From contig CM000151.3 in NCBI GenBank assembly GCA_000004695.1, positions 6,048,001 to 6,112,000 of the forward strand: a stretch of DNA of 64,000 nucleotides. The letters run 5' to 3'. The stretch is from Dictyostelium discoideum. Lineage: Eukaryota. This document shows positions 28,632 to 44,207 of this stretch, in pieces (positions within the stretch are counted from its first letter, which is position 1; each line of letters begins with the position of its first letter). Under the pieces are notes generated by a model that saw only the letters and a list, made by a program, of their open reading frames with translations, had not been told where the DNA came from and ran no database searches. Position numbers and translations under genes: made by a program.

Positions 28632-30862
28632 TACAACAACCTGAAAATGATATTGAAGTTTATATTACACATGTCGATAATTTATTACCAAAATTTATTG
28701 GTGAAAGTTCAAAGAAATTAGTTCGTCAATTGATTACACCATCGAATAAAAAGATTTTAGATTTATTGGTATTAATCTCTGATATAAATACAACATTTCA
28801 AGAACAATATAATATAAAGATTTCAATTATATCAAAGGCTCAAAATGAATCATCATTCTCAGAGTTTATAAAATATATGGTAAATAAATTGGCATATTCT
28901 ATAGTTGGTAAAGAGAATATTAAATATTTGTTAAGAGGATTAAGAAGTGATTTAGGTTTAGATAATTTCGATAAAAATAATCCAATTGATTTATTGGAAG
29001 AGTTTAACGAGAAAATCTACGAGAAAGAGGTTAAAGATGGTGTACCAGAGACATTAGAGGTTTTATTGATGTTGTCTCAAGTCTATGCAAATATTTTCGA
29101 TGATTATGGTGATCAATTAGTTGGTTTCTTAACTTGTTCAAAGTCAATAGTTTATCCAGTTTTACAAATTCTATCAAATTCTTGGAAAACTTTGAAACTA
29201 TCAAAGAAAACCCTAAAGAGTACATTGGATATGTTATTAAGATTGACTCAAGTACCACAACCAACACTTGCAAGATTAGCATTCAAAACCTTTATTAAAT
29301 TTGCAACACCAGCTTTAACAAGTATAAATTCAACCAATGGTAAAGTTGATAACAATAAATTAGTGGTCACATTGAAAGATTTAGCAAATAATTTATTCGA
29401 TCAATTAGAGGATAAATCAAAGAATCTCCTTTCAATTCTAGAGGTAATTGGTTGTTTGGCAAAGGGTTATTCATTAGTATTATCAGAACATTTGGATACA
29501 TTGGATATTTTATTAATTAAAAAGATTATGACTGGAGTTTGTACATTGGATTTCAATCAAAAGGTACAATTAAATAAATCTGTCGAACATCATTTAAATA
29601 CTTCCTATAGTAAAGATGTACTAATAAAGATTGCTGCAATTAAATGTATGTCAAATTATCTATTGGGTTTACGTGAAATTACAAAGAAATCTCATGAAAT
29701 GGTTAATATGCTATTCGAATTCTACATTGGTTTAGACAAAAATAAAACTTACAATGATTTGGAAAAGAGTCATCTAAAAATTCATATTGCAATAGGTTTA
29801 TTAAGAGTTTTCCAAAGAAGTCAATACGAGAAAGAAATTACACCACAACAATTCATTCTTATTTGTAATTCTACCTCTATCACTACTAAACAAAGAGGCG
29901 ATCCATTAATTAGAAGATTAATAGAAAAGTTGGCAAAAGTGATGATTTTAAATCGTTTACCAATGAAGTATATGGCTGCTTTTGGTATGGCTGCTCAACA
30001 ACCTTATTCTGTGTTGGCATTGGTTCGTAAACATTCAACATCAATTATAAAAACTAGAAGAATGGTTATATCTCGTTTGGCTGCATCATTATCAATGGCA
30101 AAGAATTTAACCGAGTTTTATCCAGAATCTTCAATGCCTTACTTTTTATATGTAGTTAGTCATCGTGAGGATTTTGAAAGGGATGCTCCTGATTACATTG
30201 AATCAGCATGTTATTTAAACTTTTTCATCGATCTATTGGTAGAGGAAGCCGATAACTATTCAATCATTCATACTATCTTTACAAAGCTAAAGAGATCAAC
30301 TGATGCACTCGATAAAAAATCAAAGAATCATATTATTGCTGCTGAATTGGGTCTTCAAATTTTAACTCATCAATATCAACAAAAGAAATGGAAACCACAA
30401 AAACATCCTATTGTTATTGTTTTACCAGAGAAATTCTATATCATTCATGATGATCAAGATGAAATGTCAATCGATGATGAAGTTACCTCAATTAAATTAC
30501 CAAGTTTATTACCAAAAAGATTTAAATTACCACCTTTACCTTCTATTACTGATCAAAATAATAATAATAATAATAATAATACTAACTCAACCAATAATGA
30601 TGAATCAGAAAAAGATGAAAATAATAATAATAAAAATGATAATGATAATGATAATGATAATGATGATAATTCCACTACAGCAGTACCTCAAAAATCAATA
30701 ATATCAAAACCTCCAGCCAAAAAAGTATCAAAAAAAGCAGCAGCAAAACAAAAATCACCAAAAAAGAAAACAAATAAAAAGAAAAAACAATCTAGTAGTG
30801 AAGAGGAAGTATCTAGTAGTGAAGAGGAAGATGAAAGTCAAGATGAAGAGGTCGAGAATTAA
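26432..30862 (+). CDS. pds5: Sister-chromatid cohesion protein PDS5 homolog; exon 1 26432..26968, 77-nt intron, exon 2 from 27046 (apparent +1 frameshift near 27119; uninterrupted ORF 27164..30862)
   Basis: Exon 1 ends ...EKIIKRLK|GTATGA (compare human PDS5 ..DEMIKRLK). After the AATAG acceptor the sequence encodes KLDEYLQDKKRGNTEGLEIVLEVLI, then shifts frame into DPKFADNKIFEIRLMTSCCLSEIFRIYAP (human VRLLVACCLADIFRIYAP). The HEAT-repeat body matches PDS5 throughout (e.g. SIRKGAAIVLSRCYS). The C-terminus is K/S/E-rich. Confidence 0.8.
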
Positions 30863-31795
30863 GGAGATAATTATATTAAAAAATAAAAATAAAAATAAAA
30901 ATAAAAATAAAAATAAAAATAAAAATAAATAACAAGATCAATAAAAATAATAATAATAATAATCAATTATAATAATAAAAAATAATAAAATAAATATTAA
31001 TAATAAAAAATTAATAATAAAAATAAAATGATTTCATATTATTTGTAAACATAAAATCTATATCATTGTATTATGACTACAAAAAAAGAATAAAAAACAA
31101 AAAATTAACAAAAAAATTAATAAATAAATAAAAAAAAAAATAAAAAAAAATCTTATTTATTTAAGAATATGATAGAACATAATAAAAACAACCAGAATAA
31201 AAAAAAAAAAATAAAAAAAATAAAAAAACAAAAATATAACCATTCCTAAAATAGAACCACTGGGGTTTAAACCCAATAAAAAAAAAAATAAAAAAAAAAT
31301 TAATGAAATAAAATAAAAATCCAAGATATCTAATCACACCTTCGTTATTATAATTTTTTTTTTTTTTTTCTTTCCTCAAGTTATTTATTCCAATGATTTA
31401 TCTAATCAAAATACCTTTTTTTTTTTTTCGTTTTTATCCACTTTTTTTTATTTATTTTATTTTATTTTATTTATTTTACTTTTTTTTATAATTAAAAAAG
31501 AATAGGTATTCTTTTGTTAATATTATCTGATAATAAAAAAATAATATGCAAATCTACCTTTGGTTATTAATAATTAGTTGGTTCTTTAAAAAATAATATG
31601 AATAATGTAACATTATATAACATAACATAACATAACATAATATAATATAATATAATTGAAATAGATTTATTTTAATATCAAAATTCTAGAAATGTTTGTT
31701 ACTTGGGTTTTTTAAAGTCTCCCATATAACCTATAAAAATTTTACAATTAGTCTTATAATCGACTTCATTTTTTAACAACTAATTATAATATTTG

Positions 31796-31828
<33 letters not shown>

Positions 31829-32039
31829 AAAATTTTTTAATTTAATATAATTAAAATATTATTTTATTTATTTATTTTTTTTTTTTTTTTTTTAAATCTG
31901 TGGGCGTTAACAATCCGAAATTGATTTAAAAAGGTTTTTTTTTTTTTTTTTTAATGATTTAATTGTGCAAGTAAAAAACTTAATCAACATTTAATAAAAA
32001 AACATTTTTTAAAAGCTTTATAAAAAAATACAAAATAAA

Positions 32040-32307
32040 ATGTTATTCAGTAAGTTTTTCTTTACTTGCTACTTTTTTTTTTTTTTTTTTTTCAAAACAC
32101 AATATTGTAATTTATTTTTTTTTTTTTTTTTTTTTTTTAGAAACTTTAATTTCATCAATTAACAAATCAAATGAATTTTCAAAAATAAATATAAATAATA
32201 GTATTGAAAATATAAACATAGAATTGAATAATCAAATTCATGATAAAACAGTTTCATTAAAAACCAAAAAAGTTTACTTTACAAGACCAAACTTTGTTTC
32301 CTTTTAA
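32040..32307 (+). CDS. Micro-gene copy 1 of a tandem three-member family; join(32040..32049,32141..32307), 58 aa
   Basis: ATGTTATTCA|GTAAGT, 91-nt T-rich intron ending TTTTTTTTAG, then a phase-1 open frame. Product: [58 protein letters not shown]. Not in the ORF track because exon 1 is 10 nt and exon 2 has no Met. Confidence 0.5.
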
Positions 32308-33077
32308 AAAAAAAAAAAAGAAAAAAAAAAAAAAAAAAAAAAAAAAAAACAAATATGTTTATTTCAATATGGAAAAAAAAAAAAAATGTTATCCGATATT
32401 TTAAAAACATTTTTTAAAAAATAAATATTTCATTCCAATACTTTAAAGTTGTTATTTGTTTAACTTTTGATCTATTTTTAGGATTTTTATAAAATGAGGC
32501 TTGTTTTATATTATACCAATGTTTCTAAAATTAGTGTATATAATCAGATTATACATTTTTACATTTATTTTTGAAAGATGGGATATTTTCAATTGATTTA
32601 CTAACTGTTTTAAACAATTTTTTAAATTTAAATTAACAAGATAATATGAGACCCCATTATCAATTCCCAATGAGATTCTATGTGGTTATATAATTTTTAA
32701 AAGTTTTCCGAAAATCAATCACCCCATTTTTTTTAATCCCCTAAATTAATAAAAAAAAATAAAAAAAAATAAAAAAATTATATTTTAAGATCGAGAGTAA
32801 GTGAACAAATACTAAAAATATAACAGTAGACCATCTATTAATTAAAATTTTATTTTAAACTTGGTCAAATATTGTATTTAAAATGTATAACAACATCAAA
32901 AATTAAATAAAATAAATAAAATTTTATTTTTTTAAAATTTTTCAAAATTTTAATAAATAAATTAATTAATATCCGTATAAATAGGTTTTCGAATTTTTTT
33001 CGTTTCATTTCAAAATTATAAATATTTTTTTTTTTTTTTTCAAATATCTAAAACAATAAAAACTATAAAACTTTAAA

Positions 33078-33314
33078 ATGTTATTTAGTATGTATAATAA
33101 TTTCATTTTTTTCTTTTAAAAGAAATAGTTTCTAATAAAAAAAAAAAAAAAAAAAAAAATAGAATCAATAATTTCATTACCATCAAACAATTTAGAATGT
33201 TCATCAAAAATTGAATGTGAAAATAAAACAATTAAAAATTCAGATATTAACACAAAAACATCAATGAGAAGAATAATTTCATTTTTTACCAGACCACACT
33301 TTATAACATATTGA
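33078..33314 (+). CDS. Micro-gene copy 2; join(33078..33087,33163..33314), 53 aa
   Basis: ATGTTATTTA|GTATGT, 75-nt intron ending AAAAATAG, phase 1. Product: MLFKSIISLPSNNLECSSKIECENKTIKNSDINTKTSMRRIISFFTRPHFITY. Confidence 0.5.
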
Positions 33315-33319
33315 AAATA

Positions 33320-33357
<38 letters not shown>

Positions 33358-33484
33358 ATCCGAAAAATAAATATAAATATTCGACAACAAGAAAAAAAAT
33401 AAAAACAATTATAGTTTTTATGTGAAAAAAAAAATAATAATAAAAAAAAAAATAAAAAAAAAAAAAAAGACTTATTTTCTCAAT

Positions 33485-33524
<40 letters not shown>

Positions 33525-34255
33525 TCTTGAGGAACCTTATATTTTATTTTTCAAAATTAGATTTTTCAAAGATTATCAATTCTGAAATTTAACAGTTAAA
33601 AATTACATATATTTAAAGATTAAAATTATAAAATAGACATTCTCCTTAATATATAATTTTTATTATTTTTTACATATTTCTTTCTATATTCTACCACATT
33701 CAAGTATCGAATTCAAACATTAAATTCCTTTTTTAGCAAAACCTTAAAAATGTTACATAAACAATTTTTAAAAAAAAAAAAAAAGAAAAAAAAAAAAAAA
33801 GAAGGGGAATTTACTTTATACAGCTTTAAAAAGTGTAATATTAATTTTGGACCCACCCATAAAATTTTAAATCATTAAATTTCAAAATAATACCATCAAT
33901 TTATTTTTTTTTTTTTTTTTTTTTTTCTCTTCTGTATTTAAAATTAAAAAATATTTTTCACATCAAAAATCCAAAATAATAATTTGATAATTTACTTTTA
34001 ATAGGTTGTTTTTATGAATGATATGGATAAGTATTGATCAATTTTTTTTCCATTTTTAAAATAAAATAAAAAAAAAAAAAATAAAAAAAATAAAAAAAAA
34101 AAACTAACAATTTTTAAATTATATTTTTTATTACCTTATATTTTCATTTATTATTAATATTCGTGTATGTCAACAACAATTGATTACAACATTTTAATAT
34201 TAGATTGAAATAATTATATTTTTATTTTTATTTTCACCCCATTTTAATTTAATAT

Positions 34256-34294
<39 letters not shown>

Positions 34295-34395
34295 ACAAAA
34301 AAAATTGATAAAGGATTTTTTTTTTTTTTTTTTAACTAAAGAATTTAAAAATAAAAAAATAAAAACTATAAGATCAATAATAACAATATAAAAAA

Positions 34396-34627
34396 ATGTT
34401 ATCAAGTATGTTTTTAAAAAAAAAAAAATCTTATCATAAATAAACCCTTGCTAATTTTCTTTTTTTTTTTTTTATATAGAATCAATTATTTCTTTCTCAT
34501 TAAAAATTTCAAATGATAATAATCCAATATCAAATACTATAACTCAAAATGTATCATTTGATAAAAATACAATTTCAATGAGAAGTAAATCAGCTTTCTA
34601 TACAAGACCAAATTTTATAAATTATTA
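34396..34627 (+). CDS. Micro-gene copy 3; join(34396..34405,34480..34627), 52 aa
   Basis: ATGTTATCAA|GTATGT, 74-nt intron ending TTATATAG, phase 1. Product: MLSKSIISFSLKISNDNNPISNTITQNVSFDKNTISMRSKSAFYTRPNFINY. Confidence 0.5.
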
Positions 34628-34631
34628 AAAC

Positions 34632-34666
<35 letters not shown>

Positions 34667-34947
34667 AAAAAAATAAAATCAAATATTAAAAATGGGCCGA
34701 AAATCAAATTGATTACCTTTTTAATAATAATGAAAAATTAATTTTAAAAGAATAAAAAAATAATTTGTTTTATTTTATTTTATTTTATTTTTTGATTTAA
34801 TTTTTTTTTTTTTTTTTTTGATTGATCCCATAACCCTTTAAAATTATCATTTTTTAAAAATTTCATTTTCAAAAAAAAAATAAAAAATTTAATTATTTTT
34901 TTCTTTTTTTTTTTTTTTTTTAATTAATTTTAAACCCATTCATCACC

Positions 34948-38502
<3,555 letters not shown>

Positions 38503-38908
38503 AATTAAAAAAAAAAAAAATGGAAAAAAAAAACAAAAGATAATAAAAGAATTAATAAAAAACATTGTAAAATTTATTAAAAAATAAAATAAACCTAATC
38601 ATAGCTCGGAACAAAGATTTTTTTTTTTTTTATTAATATTTAATTTAAAATGATTAAATCGTTTATAATAATTAAATGTGGAGAAAATGATTTTATTTTA
38701 TTTTGTTTTATTTTATTTTATTTTTTTTTCTATAGATCTTCTCTAGATTTAAGTTAAATTTCTTAGAAATCGCATTTGGCACTTTTCTTGTAATTTCGAA
38801 AAACATTTTTGAAAAATCTTCAACTAAAAAAAAAATCTATAAATAAAACTGGTTTTTTTTTATATTAATCAATTTTAAATATAAACAATATAATCAATAT
38901 TATTTAAA

Positions 38909-39949
38909 ATGTCAAAATATTTCTTTTTATTTATTATTTCAATATTTTTATTTTCAATTTTTGAAACTACCAACTCCCAATCAAGTACTATCTATGTAAT
39001 TCAAACTACTCCAACCTTGTACTCAACCTCATGTTCTTTTAATGTAAAATTTATTTCAAATGTTATCTATACAAATATTTTTGGAACCAATCTTGAGGAT
39101 TGGAGCGTTTCAGATGGTCTTTATAATGTAAATATCTACACTGAACAAGGTCAACAAAATTTATATGTTTGGGGGATTGATTCAAATTCAATTCAATATA
39201 ATCTATTCTTGGGAAATGTAGTATGCTCATCTCCATGTCCAGGTTTAAATGGTCAATGTAATGGAAATGGTCAATGCATTAATGGAGAATGTAAATGTTT
39301 CACTCCATGGAGTGGTAGTGATTGTTTCTTAAATATCACTGAACAATTTGTTTGTAGTTCCGGATGTCAAGGTGATTGTGGTGGTAATGGGGTCTGTAAT
39401 TCCACCAGTATTCCACCAGTTTGTATTTGTAATACTGGTTATTCTGGTACAAATTGTGAAAACATAATTCCAACACCAAATGATAATTTCATCAACTCTT
39501 TAATATTCTTACAAGAAGTTTTACCAAATGGAAAACCATTCTCAAAAATAATTTTCAACGGGTGGGATAAAACCATTGAAACTGCCTACAATGGTATTTA
39601 CTATCACTATAATACAACTATACAAATTGGTCAATTCTCACCAACAATTGAAATCAAAGTAGTTGATTTTTATAATATGTACGACACATTCTCTGTAACT
39701 GGTGCTCTTCAAGTTGAAAGTAGTTTTAATTTTGAAATTAAAATTAGAAACTACCCATTAGAGAACCCATTAAACAATCTTCAATTATTTTTCAACACTC
39801 AAATTAAAGATGGTTGTATGGGTGTTAAAAAAGCAAATACTATTTCCTCTCAAACAATTTATGAAGAATCATTCTTAACTGTTAAAATTGAAAATAGTCA
39901 ATCATCTTTAATGTTTGCTCTTGTTGATTTACTTATTTTTAGTTGTTGA
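38909..39949 (+). CDS. Secreted EGF-like (tenascin-type) repeat protein with signal peptide and hydrophobic C-terminus (possible GPI anchor), 346 aa, intronless
   Basis: N-terminal signal peptide MSKYFFLFIISIFLFSIFETTNSQ. Two EGF-like Cys patterns (CSSPCPGLNGQCNGNGQCINGECKCFTPWSGSDC; CSSGCQGDCGGNGVCNSTSIPPVCICNTGYSGTNC). C-terminal LMFALVDLLIFSC. Confidence 0.7.
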   Translation: MSKYFFLFIISIFLFSIFETTNSQSSTIYVIQTTPTLYSTSCSFNVKFISNVIYTNIFGTNLEDWSVSDGLYNVNIYTEQGQQNLYVWGIDSNSIQYNLFLGNVVCSSPCPGLNGQCNGNGQCINGECKCFTPWSGSDCFLNITEQFVCSSGCQGDCGGNGVCNSTSIPPVCICNTGYSGTNCENIIPTPNDNFINSLIFLQEVLPNGKPFSKIIFNGWDKTIETAYNGIYYHYNTTIQIGQFSPTIEIKVVDFYNMYDTFSVTGALQVESSFNFEIKIRNYPLENPLNNLQLFFNTQIKDGCMGVKKANTISSQTIYEESFLTVKIENSQSSLMFALVDLLIFSC

Positions 39950-40118
39950 AAAAAAAAAAAAAAAAAAAAAAACCATTATTCCCAATAATATGAAAAATAA
40001 TAAAACAAAATAAACGAATCCAGTTTTTTTTTTTTTTTAAATCAAAAAATAAAAACTGGACCACTTCTCCAAAAAAAAAAAAAATAATAATAATATCCTT
40101 TGGTTTCTTTTCTTTTTT

Positions 40119-40153
<35 letters not shown>

Positions 40154-40222
40154 CATTAAATGTTTTTTTTATTTATTTTATTTACACCACTTTAATTCTA
40201 ATATATATATTGAATCAAAACA

Positions 40223-41011
40223 CTATTGATTTAATAATTTTAAACCTTGAATTATGTCAGGATTTTTTAAAGTTCCTCTTTTATATTCTTCTAAGGATAT
40301 ATAACCATCACCATCATCATCCATTGAATCGAAAAATTCTTCTATTAAATCATGAGGATCAAACTTTTTACCAGAACATGTTACAAATGTTCCAACTAAT
40401 TTATACATGCTCTCTAAAATTGATTCCATCTCTGATCTTGTTATATATCCATTACCATCGATATCATATAATGAAAATGCAACTTTATAAAAAAAAAAAT
40501 AATAAAAAATAAAAAATAAAAAAGTGAGGGTATAATATTAATAAATGATAAATAAATATAATGATAATGATGATGATATTAATAAATAATTTACATTCTA
40601 TTTTCTCCTCTGGAGTACCTCTAGTTATTGAAGACAAACCACATACAAACTCTTGAAAGTTTATTGTTGAATCTTTATTTTTATCGAATACATTAAATAA
40701 TAAATCTTGTAGAAATTGATCACCTACACCCATTTGTGTCATTATCTCTTTAAATTCTTGTTTATTAATAGTTCCAGATGGTGAATCTTTTCTAAACTGT
40801 TTATATAATGCTCTTAATTCTCTAGAATCAACTAATTCATTCTTTTTTGGTTAATTAAATGTTATTGTTATTGTTATTGTTGTTGTTGTTGTTGTTGTTG
40901 TTTTTTTAATGGTCATAAAAACAAAAAAAAAAAAAAAAGACACTTACAATGTGATGAATTTTGAAGGAGCTCTACCTCTTCCTTTTTAAGAGTTCCTAAT
41001 TGATTTCCCAT
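40223..41011 (-). CDS. Neuronal-calcium-sensor (NCS-1/frequenin) family EF-hand protein; join(41011..40948,40831..40595,40482..40223), ~186 aa
   Basis: Exon 1 MGNQLGTLKKEEVELLQNSSH (N-terminal Gly2, possible myristoylation) ends CATT|GTAAGT (phase 1). The first frame-compatible acceptor is the second AG (AATTAG at 40832), giving ...SSHFDSRELRALYKQFRKDSPSGTI, which aligns with NCS-1 [22 protein letters not shown]. Exon 2 ends GAAT|GTAAAT (phase 1); exon 3 starts after ATAAAG (40483), giving [24 protein letters not shown]... with EF-hand loops [36 protein letters not shown]. Confidence 0.8.
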
Positions 41012-41361
41012 TCTATTCTTTATATATTTAAAAAACATTATTTTTATTATTAATTATTAATTATTATTTTATTGTGGGCAAATTTATATATATATATGTT
41101 TGTATATGAATAATTTAAGAGGTGTTAATGATTTTTTGTTTTTTTGTTTTTATTTTATTTAAAAAAAAAAAAAAAAAACTATTGCAAAAAATGTTTTATG
41201 TAATTGAATTTGCAATGTGATAAGTTGTTAAGTATTTTTTTTATATGAACCCAAATTATAGTTTGTTAATTTATATTTTCACAATTATTTTAATTCATTT
41301 TACAAACTGTTTTGGTGTTTTCTTTTTTTTTTTTTTTTTTAAAAATAGAAACATACATTTT

Positions 41362-41395
<34 letters not shown>

Positions 41396-41718
41396 TTTTT
41401 TTATTTTTTTTTTATTTTATTTTATTTTATTTTTTTTTTATTTTGGGGGTGAACTTTTTAAATGATGATTACCAAATTTTATTGTGTGTGTTTGGAAAAA
41501 AAAAAAAAACAGTGTGGTGATAAAAATTTAAAAAAAAAAATAAAAAGAAAAAAAATAAATTAAAAAAAAAAAAATTTCGATGAAAAATGAAATGGCAACC
41601 AAACGATTGAGATTTTATTAAAAAACTATAAAGAAAAAAAACACAATTAAATAAAAATAAAAACACTTGATTTAAAATTTTTGTTTAAAGTAAAAATTAT
41701 TTATTATTACTAATAAGT

Positions 41719-42352
41719 TTATTTTTTGGCGGTTTTCTTGCCAGCTTTCTTTAAACGGTTCTTCTTTTCCTTTCTTTGTTTTCTTGAGGTTTGTGGTTTA
41801 GTGTATAAACCAGCCTATTATTTAATGAAAATAGAATGAAGTAGAAAGTAGAAAATAATAATAATACGAACATGGAAATAAAAAAAGATACAGTTTTAAT
41901 TATAATTTAATTTACATAGAAAATTAAAATTATAATAATTTGATTAGTTTAAATGGTTCATTAATGAAATGATCAGCAAGTGATACCCGCAACAACATCA
42001 CTGGTTATTGATGATCATATTGTATTATTGTTGTCGTTGAGAGTATAAAATGAAACGAATTACTTACACGTGCAAGACGGTATTTTGGTTCGTATTTCTT
42101 GGCAATTTCTAAGTTGTCATAGATTAAACCGAAACCAGTTGATTTACCACCACCGAAGTCAGTCTTGAAACCAAAGAGGAAGATGGTTTCTGGGTCAGCA
42201 ACTTTGTGGAGTTTAGCAATGGTGGTTTTTAAGTCTTTTTTGGAGACGTTGGCTTTACCTGGGTGAACAACTTCGACAACGAATTGCTTTCTTGAGAGGA
42301 GACGGTTGGTTAAGACCTTTCTGGTACGAACAACGACGGCAGCTTTATCCAT
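41719..42352 (-). CDS. rps24: 40S ribosomal protein S24 (eS24); join(42352..42068,41814..41719), ~126 aa
   Basis: [41 protein letters not shown]...[36 protein letters not shown] aligns with human RPS24. Donor CGT|GTAAGT, 253-nt intron, acceptor TAATAG. Exon 2 [31 protein letters not shown] matches the eS24 C-terminus ([20 protein letters not shown]...). Confidence 0.9.
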
Positions 42353-42813
42353 TTTCTATTTAAAAATATTTAGTTAGTTATATTCCCTTTGATTTCATTC
42401 TATTGAATAGTTTAAATTTTGTGATGATTGATTGAAATAGGTATGATTGATGATAGATAATGAAAGATTGATATGGATTGATGATTTTAAAGAAGGATTG
42501 AAGATGAATTGAAATGCCTCAGGAAAATCAAATCAAATAAAATAAAATTATATGTATATTATGACTACATACGATTTTGACGTAAAAATAAAAGGATGAG
42601 TTAAAAAAAAAAATTTTAGTTTTGATGGTGGATTCGGTTTTTTTTTTTTTGAAAAAAAAAAAAAAAAAAACTGAAAATTTTGTTGACAAACAATAATAAG
42701 CGTTATGTTATTTTTTTTTTATTTCAAACCAAAAAAACTTTTTTTTTTTTTCTTTTTTTTTCATAATTTTCATTCCATATTAAAATAAATAAATAAATAA
42801 ATAAAAATATAAA

Positions 42814-43106
42814 ATGTCAAAACCAAGACAATCAACACTTGACCCAGAAGACAAAAAATATTTAGAAATTCCAGATTCAGAGGTAGTTTTACCAGCAGCA
42901 GTAGATAGTTATTTAAGACAAAAATTAAAAGATCAATCATTAAAAGAATGTTCAAGTCATGTTGCAGCATTTGCAGATTGTTCAAAAGATAAATATATTT
43001 CAGTTGTTTGGGAATGTAGAGAATTACAACAACTCATGAAAAATTGTTTAGTTGAATAGTAAGTTTTTTTTTAATTTAGAACAAAACTAATATAATTGGT
43101 TCTTTT

Positions 43107-43205
<99 letters not shown>

Positions 43206-43381
43206 GAACACTAAAACAATTATTTACTTTTTTTTTTTATTTAATTTTTTTTATTAATAGCACCACATCAGAAAGATTAATTGGTATGAAAAGAGAATGG
43301 GTTGATGCATCAAAGAAAAGAATTTATGAAAAAAGACTTCAAAAAGAATTAGAATCAAAAGAACCAACACCAAAAAAATAA
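42814..43381 (+). CDS. COX assembly mitochondrial protein Cmc1 homolog (twin Cx9C protein); join(42814..43058,43261..43381), ~121 aa
   Basis: Two Cx9C pairs (CSSHVAAFADC, CRELQQLMKNC). Alignment with human CMC1: DSEVVLPA vs EKDVLIPK; KECSSHVAAFADCSK vs ERCSEQVQDFTKCCK; CRELQQLMKNCLVEY vs CRKENSALKECLTAYY. Donor TA|GTAAGT (phase 2); the 202-nt intron contains a ~106-nt pure poly-T; acceptor TTAATAG gives Y-TTSERLIGMKREW... Confidence 0.75.
43099..43204. repeat. ~106-nt uninterrupted poly(T) homopolymer inside the Cmc1 intron
   Basis: Read directly from the sequence (43099..43204). Confidence 0.9.
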
Positions 43382-43691
43382 AATTTAGAAAAGAAAAAAA
43401 AAAAAAATCCGCAACATAAATATAATTGTACATATAAACAAAATTTTAAAAATAAATACATATATATATAAAGATCGACCATCCAACCAAAAAAAAAAAA
43501 AAAAAAAGTTTTTTTTTTGAAACACCCTTTTATTTATTTATTTATTTTTTCTTTTTAGTTTTGTTATTTCGTGAGAGGATGAGTTTAAATTAAATTATAT
43601 ATGGATTTTGCCATTTTAACTTAAATACTAAAACAATTTTTAGAAATGAGTTTTCTTTCTTTTTCATTGTTTCTTTCCTTTCCTTTCCTTT

Positions 43692-43730
<39 letters not shown>

Positions 43731-44068
43731 CTTTTTCTTTTCTTCTCCTTTCCTTCATTTTGTTCTTATTATTTTGGTTTATTTATTTATTTATTTATTT
43801 ATTTTTATTTTTAGATTTTTTTTTTTTATTATTTTTTTTATTTATTTATTTTTTTTTTTTATTTTTTTATTTTTTTATAGATATATACAACAGAGCACTT
43901 CTGTTTATTACTATTATTGGTTTAGACGATTCTTGTGTATGTATGGTGATGATAATGATGATGGTTGATGATGATGGATGATGAATGGTAATTAAAGTGG
44001 TTTGATATTAATTATTGATATACGGTTACTTTTAAAAATGTGATTATTTGTTATTAATTGAATGATTA

Positions 44069-44207
<139 letters not shown>

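Noticed and set aside
33866-33873. ACCCATAA match to the Dictyostelium ncRNA upstream element DUSE ([AT]CCCA[CT]AA); a second match on the minus strand at 46978..46989
   Set aside because: An 8-mer with degeneracy is expected several times by chance in 64 kb. No GC-rich or structured candidate RNA lies 50-70 nt downstream of either match, and the second lies inside a CSN8 intron.
40832-40843. First AG (AAAAAAG at 40842) as acceptor of NCS exon 2
   Set aside because: With the phase-1 donor it gives an immediate TAA. The next AG (AATTAG at 40832) gives SSHFDSRELRALYKQFRKDSPSG, which aligns perfectly with NCS-1, so the distal AG is used.
43646-43981. Plus-strand ORFs of Phe/Leu-rich peptide
   Set aside because: A translation of poly-T/(TTC)n intergenic DNA. 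Similar T-run artefacts are 41245..41520, 41469..41666, 48413..48710, 44804..44989, 45634..45834, 31161..31379 and 7994..8365.
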